The translations under genes were made by a program, and so were the position numbers. Shown here piece by piece: positions 51,200 through 62,780 of a DNA stretch of 64,000 nucleotides (position 1 is its first letter; every line of letters starts with the position of its first letter). This DNA is from Podarcis gaigeae (Eukaryota), in NCBI GenBank assembly GCA_964106915.2, contig OZ066914.1; one strand, written 5' to 3'. The notes under the pieces were generated by a model. The model ran no database searches. It worked only from the letters and a program-made list of their open reading frames with translations, and had not been told where the DNA came from.

Positions 51200-52330
51200 G
51201 CAATCCATGCGCCCAGGAACATGCCAACTGCCCAAGGGGGCGGGCAGTCCTCTCTCCAGCACGATGCTGCCCCCACGAGCAGGCACGGAGCGCGGGCACG
51301 CAGGGCGAGCGGAAGAGCGAGCCAGGAAGGCGCTCCCCTCCCTTCGGGAACGAGCGTCCCAGACAAGGAAGCAAGAGCAGCTCAGCCCCCTTCGATCAGC
51401 TGCCTCCTCGCCACCGAAGAACAAAGGGCGATCAAAGCGAGGCAGCCCACCCAGCCAGCTACGGAGATGCCATGTGGCACCCCAGCCCCCACTTCCTCCC
51501 TCTCACTATACGACTCTTCTCCTTTCTCCTCCCCTCCCAAATCTCAATCTGGGCTGCTCCAGGTACGGGCCCCACCTTGCAGCGCCGATGCCCTAGTTAG
51601 ATCCCAGAGATGGCCATGCTGCGCGTGGCGCAGAAATCAGAGCCAAGGCACCCCCCCCCACCCACTTGATTATTTTTTTTAAGCCCCCACGCCTGGCTGC
51701 ACCTCCCCGCTCCAGCCAAGACCCGAGTCCCGCTACCAGCAAGCGGATCGCGGGCGGCAGGGACCCTCCCGGCTTGCGGATCTTGCTGCGCCGAGGAGCC
51801 TCCCCGTGGCTGGCGCAAAAGGCGAGCGGCGCGAGGGAGCACCTGGCCGGGCTCCTGCCACTTACTTTGTTCCCAGCCCACTTCCTGGCTGCCCAGGCGC
51901 CTTCCTCTCCCGATGCAGCGTCTTCTCGCTTTCCCCTGCTGGGGCTTCCTAACTCGGCTGGTGCTGCAATTTCCGCCTCTCCCAAGATCCCGTTTCCTGT
52001 TTTTCATCACAGCGCGTCATCAGGTGGGAGAGGACTAAAGCGAGCTGCCGGTGGTGGTAGCCACTCGGCTCCGGGCGGGCTTTGCAGCAAGTCTGCAGAA
52101 ACGGGGGTAGCCTATATTGGAAGCCCATCGATGCGCCCCTCGCTTCTCCTATGCAAAAGCTCCCGGACCCTCTCTCTGCGCCGCCTCTTTCTAAGGCGCT
52201 TGCTCGGATCCCCAGCCCGCTATCGGAGCATCGTTTCTTGTCAAAGCGTGCAATGGCTTTTGCCATTCAGAGGGTGGGAGTGGGGGAACCCAGGCGTTCA
52301 AGTCGGCCGGTGGGTGGGCGGGAAATTTTA
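51200..52330. promoter_or_regulatory. CpG island / CTTN promoter
   Basis: Sharp rise in GC and CpG content; GGGCGG boxes near 52074 and 52316; CCAAT on the minus strand at 52116-52120; ETS-like GGAA motifs; CRE-like CGTCA near 52015. Confidence 0.85.
51866..52000 (-). other. CTTN: Putative CTTN non-coding exon 1 (5' end uncertain)
   Basis: Consensus donor ACAAA|GTAAGT at 51866/51865 inside the CpG island. The coding exon begins AG|ATG, so an upstream UTR exon is required. Confidence 0.65.
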
Positions 52331-52424
52331 CTAGCAATTGGATCACAACGTCTACCCAAAAGCAAACCACGTCTCACTGATTTCAGTGGGGTTGGCTCCC
52401 AGCTAAAATGGGCATGGGGTTATT

Positions 52425-53560
52425 TAACAAAATTTGCATACCGCCACTAGTACAAAAGACCTCTAAACGGCTTACAGTAGATAGCCTAAAACAGTAATTA
52501 AAAAAAAAAAATCATTAAAAACAAGTCACATAAAAAATTCAGCTTTAAAATAACATCCGTAATTTTAAAACAGTTGTACTTGTAATGCAGTTGTAACGTA
52601 ACATGCATAAAAATTGCATATAGCCTTGCCTGGGTAGCATTGCTGGAACTAAAATAGTTTTTAGTAGGCATGGAAAAACCATTTGGAGAATGCACCTGCC
52701 TAATGTCAATGAGCAGAGAATTCCAAAGTGTAGGTGCTGCAACACTGAAAGGTTGGCTTCTTGCAAGTGTGGAATGAACATTGTATTGTACTTGTAAAAG
52801 CGCTAGTCCCACAGACTGAAGTGGCCGACTGGACACATATGAGGTGAGCCCCCCCCTTTAAGAAAACTGGCCCCAAGTTGTTGAGAGCCACATACTAACA
52901 GTAACACATTGACCTTGACCTGGTAACAAACCGGCAGCCACTGCAGATCTCTGAGCAAGATATGCTGAGAGGGTCTCACTCCTGTCAGCGATCCTGCTGC
53001 AGTTTCCAGGTCAAGCACAAGGGAAGTCCTGCATAGTAATCCAATACTGAAGTCATTAATGCCTGGACATTAATGTGCAACAAGCTATCCCGATCCTGTT
53101 GTTGCACCAGTCAAAGCAAACAGAAGCCACTCCTAGCCACTGAGGCCTCTAATCACAACCCCATCCAGGGACGGCAACTGGCCAATTTCTCAGACACAGG
53201 AAACCATTCACCCACAGCGCCTCCATCTTACTGGGATTCAAAGCTCAGTTTCTTTTTCCTCATCCAACCCACCACTGTGTCTGGGCACCAGTCCAGGTCC
53301 TGCACAGCCTCTCCTGATTGAGATGTTGTGGAGAAATAGAGCCGAGTATCACTAGTATACTGATGGCACTTTGCCCCCGAAATTACAGCCTCACATGACC
53401 GTTTGTGTAGGGCCATCACAAATGAGGAAGAAAGGAGCTGGAGGATCCAGGGCTTCAGCAGAGGGAGGACAAAAGCAACAGTCTTTGACCTGGAATAACG
53501 GGTCACTTCCACTTTTCTGCCTCAGGTTGTTTCCCTTCTCCCCAGCCAAGCTCCTGTAGA
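52425..53560 (-). mobile_element. Degenerate L2-clade LINE just upstream of the CTTN promoter
   Basis: HQYTSDTRLYFS (YADD region), LRDLQWLPVCYQV, FSVAAPTLWNSL on the minus strand. Confidence 0.88.
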
Positions 53561-53783
53561 AGAGCGAAGCGCACTAGCTTCTTTTGCCAGGCATGTGCAT
53601 GGGAAGAATAGGTAAACAGAACACTCTTTTTACCATCTGCAAGTCCAAACTTCAGAGATCCATGCTTTCAAAATGGCATTTCTATAGCTTAAAAAAATTG
53701 TCTATTGAACTCCAAATAATAGCAATGATGACTGTTGGAAATTCATGTTTGGGGCACAGAGCAGAGACCGATTGCTTAAAAAC

Positions 53784-53821
53784 ATGTATGTATGTATGTA
53801 TGTATGTATGTATGTATGTAT
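53784..53821. repeat. (TATG)n microsatellite; (TG)n tracts also at about 16508-16529 and 21940-21962
   Basis: Read directly from the sequence. Confidence 0.9.
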
Positions 53822-56224
53822 TGGAAACTGTTAAGGAACACTTTTCTACTCTTTGGAAACCTGCAACTTAAAAAAAATGTTCTAGGATAGATACAATTTC
53901 CTATAGACCTTTTTTAGGGTAAATGAGAGATGTTACACCACTGGGAAAGAACAGCAATGACTCACAAATATAGTTTAATGGTGTTAAAAATGTGAGGAAG
54001 AGTCTAGAAAAGCAACTTCATTCCATCTATGGAATTTATAGCTGAATGAAATTTGGAACATGACTGTTATATGCTAAAAAACAAGTTTCTAAAAGCATCT
54101 CTTTTACAACTGTTGTGGCTGACCTCAACAAGATTTCAAAGTATTAGCACCATCGCTTGCTTCATCGCATTGCTTCAAAATGTGCAAATCTAGTCCTGCT
54201 CCCTCTGTGTGTCTATCATTCTGCTGAATAGGGCCATTGACTTCTGCCAAGAGAGCATCACTGTTTTCACGAGAGAATATTCTACAAAACTGAAGCAGAA
54301 AACTTTTCTTATGGTATGGGGAGAGAAGAGCCAGCCAGATCTCAAGTGATGGAAAGGCTCATACAGATCTAAGTCAGTTCTCACCAGCCCTAGCTAACAT
54401 GGGCAATGGTCAGGGATGATGGGAAGAGTTATCTGGAGGACACTTATGGACACTGGGCCTTGGGTCAACCTCCTGGAGACCCAGAAGCCAATCAGGGCTG
54501 GGGGGGGGAGTGTTGACCAATCACGAGGGAGTGGAGAGTTAAAGAAGAGAACCTGACATAAATGGTCAGATAGCGCTTAGGTGGATTTTAGGCTTTTAAA
54601 GGCTTGGCTGGGTGGTTAGGGTTTCGCTAGGCTGGGCAACCCAGATTATTTCTCTGAAGGGAAGGAAAAGATTCTAGGAGGAGTCTGAAAGTGTTTTACT
54701 GGCTGAGTAAATAACCATTTTTGGAACAATCAGTTTAATTAGAAACAGGTTTAAAGTAAAGCTTTAAGTAAAGTTCTTAATTACTTCTGTAAAGTGATCT
54801 GACTGAAACAAAATGTTGTACCTTCCCAGAGTAATCACTGAGCTTTAACCCTCACTGAATGTGTATAAATAAAATTCCAGTCTTGTTTCCAACATGCCTC
54901 ATTCATACTTTGATCTAGTGGTTGAGGGATAAGTGAACTCAGGTTTTCCTTTATATAAAGAATCCTTGCTGTTGCATTAGTAAACACTACCATGTAGAGA
55001 ATCTCTGACCTCTCAAGAATTATTGTCAGGAGGTGTTTTAAATTTTAACGTGCCTTCAACCTGGTCATATTACCTTGCTCCCATCTTTACTGAGGGAGTT
55101 TGCCCCAGACACAACACTGACTACCCAAGGTCTAAGATACTGATACAGAATTAAAAGGGGAAACTGCTGGGAACATTAATCTTCCTCCTTTCCAGGGTTT
55201 GAGATGCAAGTATGGAAGGAGAAGAAGCTGTTAACTCCTTGCCTCTTGGGCAGCAAACAGCTGTTTCGTTTGATTCTGTGCTTGCACCTTAAAATGCGAG
55301 CGGCAAGTTGTGAACCGCTGAGATGGAAAGGAAAAGCTAGGGGAAATGTGTGATTCATCTGCATTGAAATAACTGCAGAGAGAACCGAGGCTGATTCCTG
55401 TTATCATTCAATAATGGGGAAAGCACATTCAACATAGAGTTGCTATAGCTACCAGAAATATTAATCTGTTTCTACACTAAAGTGCTAGAATAGCATAGAT
55501 GGGGGAAAGGGGGGGGTAATCCCCAGATTACATGACAATAGCTCCTGGTCACAGGGCTAAGCAGCCATTTAGAAAACAAGAGGATGGCAGAAGGCAACAG
55601 CAGTTTCATCAGTTCAACTGTGGGATGAACTTCAAAAGGTTTAAAAGCAACCCACTTACTGAAGCATTCTAGAAATGATTGTTTTATGTGGCACATTTTG
55701 AGACAAATTTTCATCAGCAGGGTTCCAATCCTGCACACAGCTGAGGTGCTCAGCCATGCATTGTTATGCAGGCTTACTGTAAAGTTGCACTGGAGTCCAA
55801 TGGAGTTAACCATCAAAGCCGCAATCTAATGTAGGGCTACACTTTAGGAACGTAAACAGACTGTGACACAGCACAGGCCGTGCTTTCCAGATGTTCTGGG
55901 TAATTCACATCAGTCTCCAGCAAGCATGGGCAATAGGAGAATGGGAGTTGTAGTGCAAAGCTACTCAAACACTACATTGTGCTACCCCATGGGTAGCTTA
56001 AGTGTCTTGAAGGTTATTGGACTTGCCTCAGTTTAAACCAGCCTCACCCAAGTTGTAGTCTAATTCTGGAAGTTGTGCTTCAAAATCATCTGGAGGGCAT
56101 CTGGGCTGGGGAAAGCTGGTTTCAGCAAAGGGGAACATGACTGGATGCTTCACAAGAAATCTCATCCACATCAATTAATTACTTGAAATCTCACTTCAAA
56201 ACACTTCAACCCCCATTGTTGGCA

Positions 56225-57598
56225 GTGGAAAAAATGCTTCAGTACTTTATTGAAAGAAAGCAATAAATAATACTGTGATAAAAATAGTTCAAAAGTACTT
56301 AGTCTGTACATATTTTGTTACATAATCAGAAGTACACATAAAAGATTAATAGAAAAAACAACAAAACAGTAACGATGAATTTCAGTCGTACAATTAAAAA
56401 GAGCCAAAACCAAAACAGAAAAAGACATGCTGTATATATTATTGCATAATAAATAATGCACCATAATCTGAACTCATTCCTCGCTGGCCTCTTAAAGATG
56501 CAATTTTTAAAAAAGAATGATGCATTTTTCTACTTATATTGGTTGAAATGGCTAACGCTATTAACAATTAATTTTTTGTCCAAAATTTAAAACAAGTTTA
56601 TAAATATATGCAAAAGATGGCGTAAGAAAAATAAGGCCTTTTTAATAGTTGCACTACTACACGCTTTAGCCTCATGGGCCATCAGCATTTTCGTCATGAG
56701 ACAGTTGCGCATCATGATTGGTCCACTTAGAAGAATTGCATCAGTATTTTTCCGAAAAACAGTTTCACATCAAAATACAGGAGAGCACTTCGTTGCCTGT
56801 TGAGTACTATTAGGAGCTATCCTCGGTTAAGAGAAAATATTTCCGCTTATGGCTTATGCTCAGTCAATGAACATAGACTGTACAAATATAGCCACAAAAA
56901 AGTAGTTATAAATGAGCTCACCAGGTCTCACACACATTTCATAGTATTCAAATAAATCCCACATTTTAGAATTTCATTTAAAGCAAGTTATATTGAACAG
57001 AAGACTTAAATAAATCCACATTAAAATCATATGCTAGGTGGAAAAAGTAGAGTTATGAACGGAAATAGAAGCAGGTACCATGCCCACTTTATTAATAAAC
57101 ATATGCTTCTCTGAAAAAAATGGGATTTATTTAACATTTTAGAGCTAGCTAGCATTTTCCAAATGCCAAAATATATATACTGCTTGAGTCAGGATACCTT
57201 TACAAAGATAGTAAAATCCTTTTCACCTGTGTTTATTATTAAAAACTTATTACTGATAATTACAATAACTGCATAATTTACAAAAACCCTACATTGCTTA
57301 TAGGGGTCGATACATACAAGCATTACAGTACATTCAGTTGAAGAGACTAAAATTAACAAATCGGCAGTAATTTGATTTATAGACTGAATACAAAGGTAAG
57401 TAATAAGACTCACATACACTTACATAAATATAAGAAACATTTAAGTCTAAAATACTTTCTCTATAGTACTCACAAATTCATCTAATTAAAAACTCTGTAA
57501 TAAAATATTTCAAAGTGTTGATTTAACAAGTATTAACAAGATTAAAGATTTGAATTGTTTCCAAAATACGGTCTTTGATTCAAAATGTTTCAGGTCAT
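56225..57598 (-). other. PPFIA1: PPFIA1 terminal 3'-UTR exon, AATAAA at 56246-56251
   Basis: Acceptor CTATTTCTACAG|ATG at 57598; AT-rich, TGTA-rich UTR-like sequence ending at a minus-strand AATAAA. Confidence 0.7.
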
Positions 57599-58119
57599 CT
57601 GTAGAAATAGTGGGGATAAACTGAAAATAAAGTAAGACTCAGTTAGTTGCAGAAGTCAAGTCAGGAAAAAGTATGCACCATCTCTCTGATCCAAGGAATG
57701 ACAAGCACAGAGGGGAGACTACATGCAGTTTTACTCTCTTTTCACAGCCTCAATCAAGGGAGGCAGTGAAAGCCTGTCACAGCGCCAACTGGCTGTTAGG
57801 CAAAGGAAGGGGGGAAACCAACTCTGCCCAGACTTCCCCTTTCCTCTACATCCAAAAGCTGATCAGTTGTATGGAATGACTTTACTCAGAAGTGTCACAG
57901 CACCAGTGGGATACTCCTCTCGGCCCCATGAGTGCAATTGCACCAGATGCACAACTAGCTGTAAAGCACTTCCTTTCGAAGAACAATAATAATTTATAAA
58001 TCGATCTTGTATACAATAAAATGTTCCGTATACCCATCCACTGTGTCTCCAAAGATATAATTAAGGCATACATATTTTAATCAATAAACAAACCATTTAC
58101 TTGTAGAGGCTGATCTAGC

Positions 58120-58168
58120 CATGGGCGTAGCCAGGCTGCCCCCCTGCCTTCCCTTGGTTACGCCCATG
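58120..58168. mobile_element. Minimal internally deleted hAT-type MITE
   Basis: TIRs CATGGGCGTAGCCA / TGGTTACGCCCATG about 20 bp apart. Confidence 0.6.
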
Positions 58169-58914
58169 AAGGCAGCCTTTATTCCTAAAAGCAGGATTAT
58201 AGCCCTTAAGGGTTGGACAGAATTTTAAAGGGTAAGGAGCAGCGTCCTGCATGGCTTTTTGTTCACTCACTTACCCAGTACAACAGAATAAATTTTTTGA
58301 AGTATACAGATGTATTTGTACTTACAATACTACAAACCCCAATACAAGTTATTTGCACATTACATAAAAGTTCCCCCTTTTCAATCTTCCAAAAACAAAC
58401 TAGAAAGCCTGGTGCTGAAAGTACAGTTATCAGCGCATGAAAATATTTATTTTTTTACATTTATCTAATGTAGATTTATTTAAAATATTTATACACTGCC
58501 CATTTCACAAAGACATACAGAAAGGGGTATGACTCCTGCGCACAGAGCCTTTCAAAAGGTGTCCCCACAGAACTCAAACTTATGTCTAAATTACGGAGTT
58601 TAAAAAGTAGTTTGAGGACTAGGTATGACAGCTGTTCAAAGGGGGATTATATACTGGTGCTGTATATGGACTATTTTCACCAACTTCCTTTTTACAGCTG
58701 CTTGGCTGAATCACAAAACTGCTTTCTAAATTCATAGGGCTGGACAGCAGTTTGTGGTTCTGGGGGACATCTTCCGAATCAATGTGGACTTCAGCATGCC
58801 ACAGACAGCAACCAGAATGATGTCAAGAATGTGTTCCTATATTTGTATACTGTAACTTTAAAAACATCAATGCACCCCAATGAGGCTATCACTGTTACTT
58901 ACCAATAAAAGGCT

Positions 58915-58973
58915 TTAACATGAATAAGTCCTTACTGTAGCAGAATCCAATCTTTGTGTTGCTGATACATTGC
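58915..58973 (-). CDS. PPFIA1: PPFIA1 last coding exon GNVSATQRLDSATVRTYSC* (exon continues 12 nt into the UTR, to 58903)
   Basis: Acceptor GGAATAG, TAA at 58915-58917, donor TTG|GTAAGT at 58903/58902; VRTYSC is the liprin-alpha PDZ ligand. Confidence 0.95.
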
Positions 58974-59620
58974 CTATTCCAACAATCAGGAAGACATGCA
59001 GAACACAGCATGCAGTTAGTATTAGAATCACATATCAATGCAGTTACAGTAACAACATAAAGTTACAAAATGTTAGCTACGCAGAATGTAAAGTAATTGG
59101 CTACATATTCACTACTTTGTATTTGTAAGCCACTTTATGAAAAGGATGGGAAAACCTTGTGCATATTGAGGGCCACCGTTAATTGTCAAATTGGCTGCAG
59201 CCCACCAAACTACACCAGCATATACTTTCCATTCTCCTAAGTAGGTCAAAACAACCACACGCCCCAATCACAAATTTTGAAAAGGTCTCACAGCTCAATA
59301 GCAAAAGACACGCTTTGTGTGCAGAGGGCCTCAGGAATTGGAAGCAATACTAATGGACCAACGCTCTGCATTGGTGTAAGACAGCTTCCTAGGTTCTTTA
59401 ACAGCTTTATCCCTAGAGCAGCATTCAATGTGGTGCCTGGGGTCATGAATTTATAAGCCTTCTACCAGCTATATTCACATGGCAGCTTCTCACTTAGGTG
59501 TTTAAGGTCAGGTGACTCCTAGCCCTATGCTCCTGTGCCAATACTGACATAGTTCCTCTCCATATACCTGACTAACATAGCCCATAAAAGAACTAACCAA
59601 AATGAAGAGAGGTCAAGGAA

Positions 59621-59755
59621 AGGGGACAACTCAGTCAGTAGAGTATGAGACTCTGAATTTCAGGATCATGGATTCGAGCCCCACATTGGGCGAAAGATTC
59701 CTGCATTGTAGAGAGTTGAGCTAGGTGACTCTCTTGGTAACTTACAACTCTATAA
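59621..59755 (+). mobile_element. SINE with tRNA(Lys)-like head and CR1-like tail
   Basis: CTCAGTCAGTAGAG.ATGAGACTCT.AAT.TCAGG.TCATGGATTCGAGCCCCACATTGGGCG followed by CR1-like TTCCTGCATTG...CAACTCTA. Confidence 0.75.
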
Positions 59756-60542
59756 AACATGAGAGATGGCACTATAGCAGGTGTCCCATCTGCCCTGAGG
59801 CAGGCAGCTGTGCATCCCTTCATTAAGACGACCTCCCTGGACCCAGAAGTATTAAAACTATTGCCCAGTGGCAAATATACCGTTTTGCAGCAAGGTGTTT
59901 GAGAAGGTGATGGTGGCCTAGCCTTAGGAATGCTTGGAGAAAGCTGATTACATGGATCCATTCCAATCTGACTTTAGCCCTGGTCACATCACTGAAACTG
60001 CCTTGGTTGTCTTGGCTAATGACATTTACTGAGAGAGCACATCTGGGTCAGAGACTCCCCACCTTTTGGTAAGGAATCAGGTTGTTTACTGGTAAGACCT
60101 GCATAGCTGGTAGAATCTACCACTTCCAGCTGCTGAATAATACCTATCCACCAAGAGCAGAGCATCATACAAGCTCAGCTGAAACTGGATTATGTACAGC
60201 AATAATACTTTGTGGATTGCATGCAACAATATTGCATTATGCGCTACATAGATTCAGATGTGTTCCATTACCACACAGATATTTTTTTAAAAAAAGATTT
60301 CTAAATCATTTGAAAACAATCCTAAAGTTTGCTTCATTAGGTCTCACAGAAAGTGAACAGTTATTAATGCTGAAATAGTATTACTAATGCTGCCATCATT
60401 CACTGACAAATTAAAGCATTACTGAAAGTCATGCACAGGGTTAAAGTCCTCCTCTCTCCCCATACAAAGAAAGCAGATGATTACACTTACAACCTCAGGC
60501 ATAAATCATCATCATGCTTAAAAAAAATAAGCACTACATTAC

Positions 60543-60708
60543 CATCAATTTGCATCTTCTTTGGCTGCATAGAAGGTGAAGACATTGAGGTGTTAACTCT
60601 GAAGTTTGCAGGGAGAGTCTCTGCTGATCCAGCTGCTAAGCCCCGTATGTCCTTTGGTCTGAACTTCTTCCTCCATGAAGGTGCTCGTCTAAAGCTTTTG
60701 TCATCATC
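60543..60708 (-). CDS. PPFIA1: PPFIA1 (liprin-alpha1) penultimate coding exon DDDKSFRRAPSWRKKFRPKDIRGLAAGSAETLPANFRVNTSMSSPSMQPKKMQID
   Basis: 166 nt, AG/GT, recognised liprin-alpha1 C-terminal sequence; synteny with CTTN. Confidence 0.95.
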
Positions 60709-62469
60709 CTATCAAGTTAACAAGTGTAACAAAGATTGAACATGAAAAAAAGAAAGACAATACACTTTAATATATGATTAATATACAACACAACCATAAT
60801 ATTCAAGAGGGCTCAGAACATTGTGCTTTGGTTTAGATTTTTAGATGCTTTGGAACCACATATTTTGCACGTTGCTGATCGTTTTATTGATGAAGTATAA
60901 AAATCCAACATTCATGCATCCTTTTCAAAGACTATCTACTCCCATGGCTGTCAGTCTCTGACAGTCTTCCCCCCATCTAATAGGAATATGAAACTATGCA
61001 ATACGATAAGCAATTTTAGCAGACATTACATTAGTTACAAAAATTCAGTACTGAATTCCAAATTAATGCAGAAAAGAAATGTTTCTGCAGCCTTTTGTGA
61101 GAAGGGCAATTCTGTTGCCATTTTGTGTACCTTGAACAGTTTCCTTTTTGCTTTGTTTGAGAAAATAAGCTAAGCAAAAATTTAGCTGGACAGACAAATC
61201 AAGCTGTGAGTTTCCCACAAAATTCTCATTGATGTGGACGAGAGAGTGATTCAAATAGCTTGAGATCTCCAGGACTACAGTTCTCCTCTGGTTCTAATTA
61301 AATCACTGTACTGCTTATTAATTGGCTACCTACAGCCCTGAGAAATAAAGAGTGATATCCAGGCAGTATTGTAAACTGAACTTCAAAAAAACAATGAAAA
61401 GCTTACTACTTTTTTGTTAAACAAGGACAAACAAGACAGTTGGCCTTCCTTTTTGTGTGCCTGCAAATTCTCTTTGCAGGGCTACCCGTTTGTTCACCAA
61501 GCCTCTTTCCACTCAGCCTTAACAGCTCTGGCATGCTGGAATTCCCTTGAATGTGAGTTCCCTTTTCTACTGACCACTCCCCTTTCCCCTGAGTATCCCT
61601 TGTCCCCCACCCAGTTTGCAAGTGCCCTCCTGGTCTGTCCTGCACCTCACTGAATCACCATCACCTTCGTTGGCATTTCCAACAGAATGTAAGGAAGGAA
61701 AAACAAGGTGATGTTATATTTCTCCTTTTTTAAGCCTTTTCCTTCTGTGAATTCCCCTCCGACCAGCTCTCTTATCAGAAGTAGAAAGCTACAGTGCACA
61801 GCTGTACCATTCATCCCACAACTCCTCCTCCTCACTCTCTTGTGCTCTCCCTATAGGAAGCCTTTCAATAGTTAATCATCCTTTTTGACATAAAAATCAA
61901 GAAACTATTTAAACTCATTGAGAAGGAGTACAATTTACAGAAACTCAGCTGTCTCATAAACAAAACAAGCCAGGGATAGCATCCACAGATCTCCAAGAGG
62001 GGTTGGAGGGTGTATATTGTACTCTGTTCTGTTGAGATACTGAACAAAAATGAACCAACACTTACAAAATTTGACCTTTCCATTTGCCCCTGTTCACTCT
62101 TATATGTTTAGTCTGCTTTTTTAAAATCAAGGCTTACTTGATTATATGACTGCTCAGTTCTTTCCAGTGCTGCATAACCATAATCAAACCTCAGTTTCTA
62201 GAAAAGCCCTGACTCACCTCCATTGCCCCCCATGGTAAGTGGGCACTTTGCCACCTAAACTAAATGATCCTAAAGTTATTCACGCCTGACCGCTTTTGTG
62301 TTTTGGTTAGTGTGCTACTTTGGGCCAGCTCTACTGGACTGAAAACAGCAGAAGACAGCCAGGGTTGCAGTGGGAAACAGATTCACTAGCACACATTTGA
62401 GATAAATTCCTCAAACTACTCTTATACTTGAAGGGCTTATTCCCTGAATACGTAGAAGTGGCATACATG

Positions 62470-62780
62470 TCCTGAGAATGTAAAAGACCTGCTTTATCAG
62501 GTCAAAAGCCCATCTAGTCCATCATCCTGTTCTCACAGCAGTCAACTAGATGCCTGAAGGCCAGAAGCAGAACCTGAGTTCAACAGCACTCTTTCCCACT
62601 TGTGCTTCCTAGCAACTTATATTCACTCCACAGTGAATTTCGTAGTTCAGCTGTGTGCTGTATGAAGAAGTACTTCGTTTTGCTTGTCCCGAATCTTCCA
62701 ATGTTTGGCTTTGTTGGATGACCCAGTTTTCTAATATTATGAGAGGCAGAAAAACATCTCTCTATCCACTTTCTCCCTAT
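62470..62780 (-). mobile_element. Old CR1-type LINE 3' fragment
   Basis: Reverse-orientation CR1 signature (CAGGTCAAAAGCCCATCTAGTCC..., CTGTGTGCTGTATGAAGAAGTACTTC); related fragment at about 14205-14290. Confidence 0.6.

Noticed and set aside
51058-52450. Many long overlapping ORFs (up to 222 aa) on both strands
   Set aside because: Expected from a stop-poor CpG island; no recognisable protein features.
59621-59693. tRNA-Lys-like gene
   Set aside because: Stems are degenerate and it runs directly into a CR1-like tail, so it is a SINE head.
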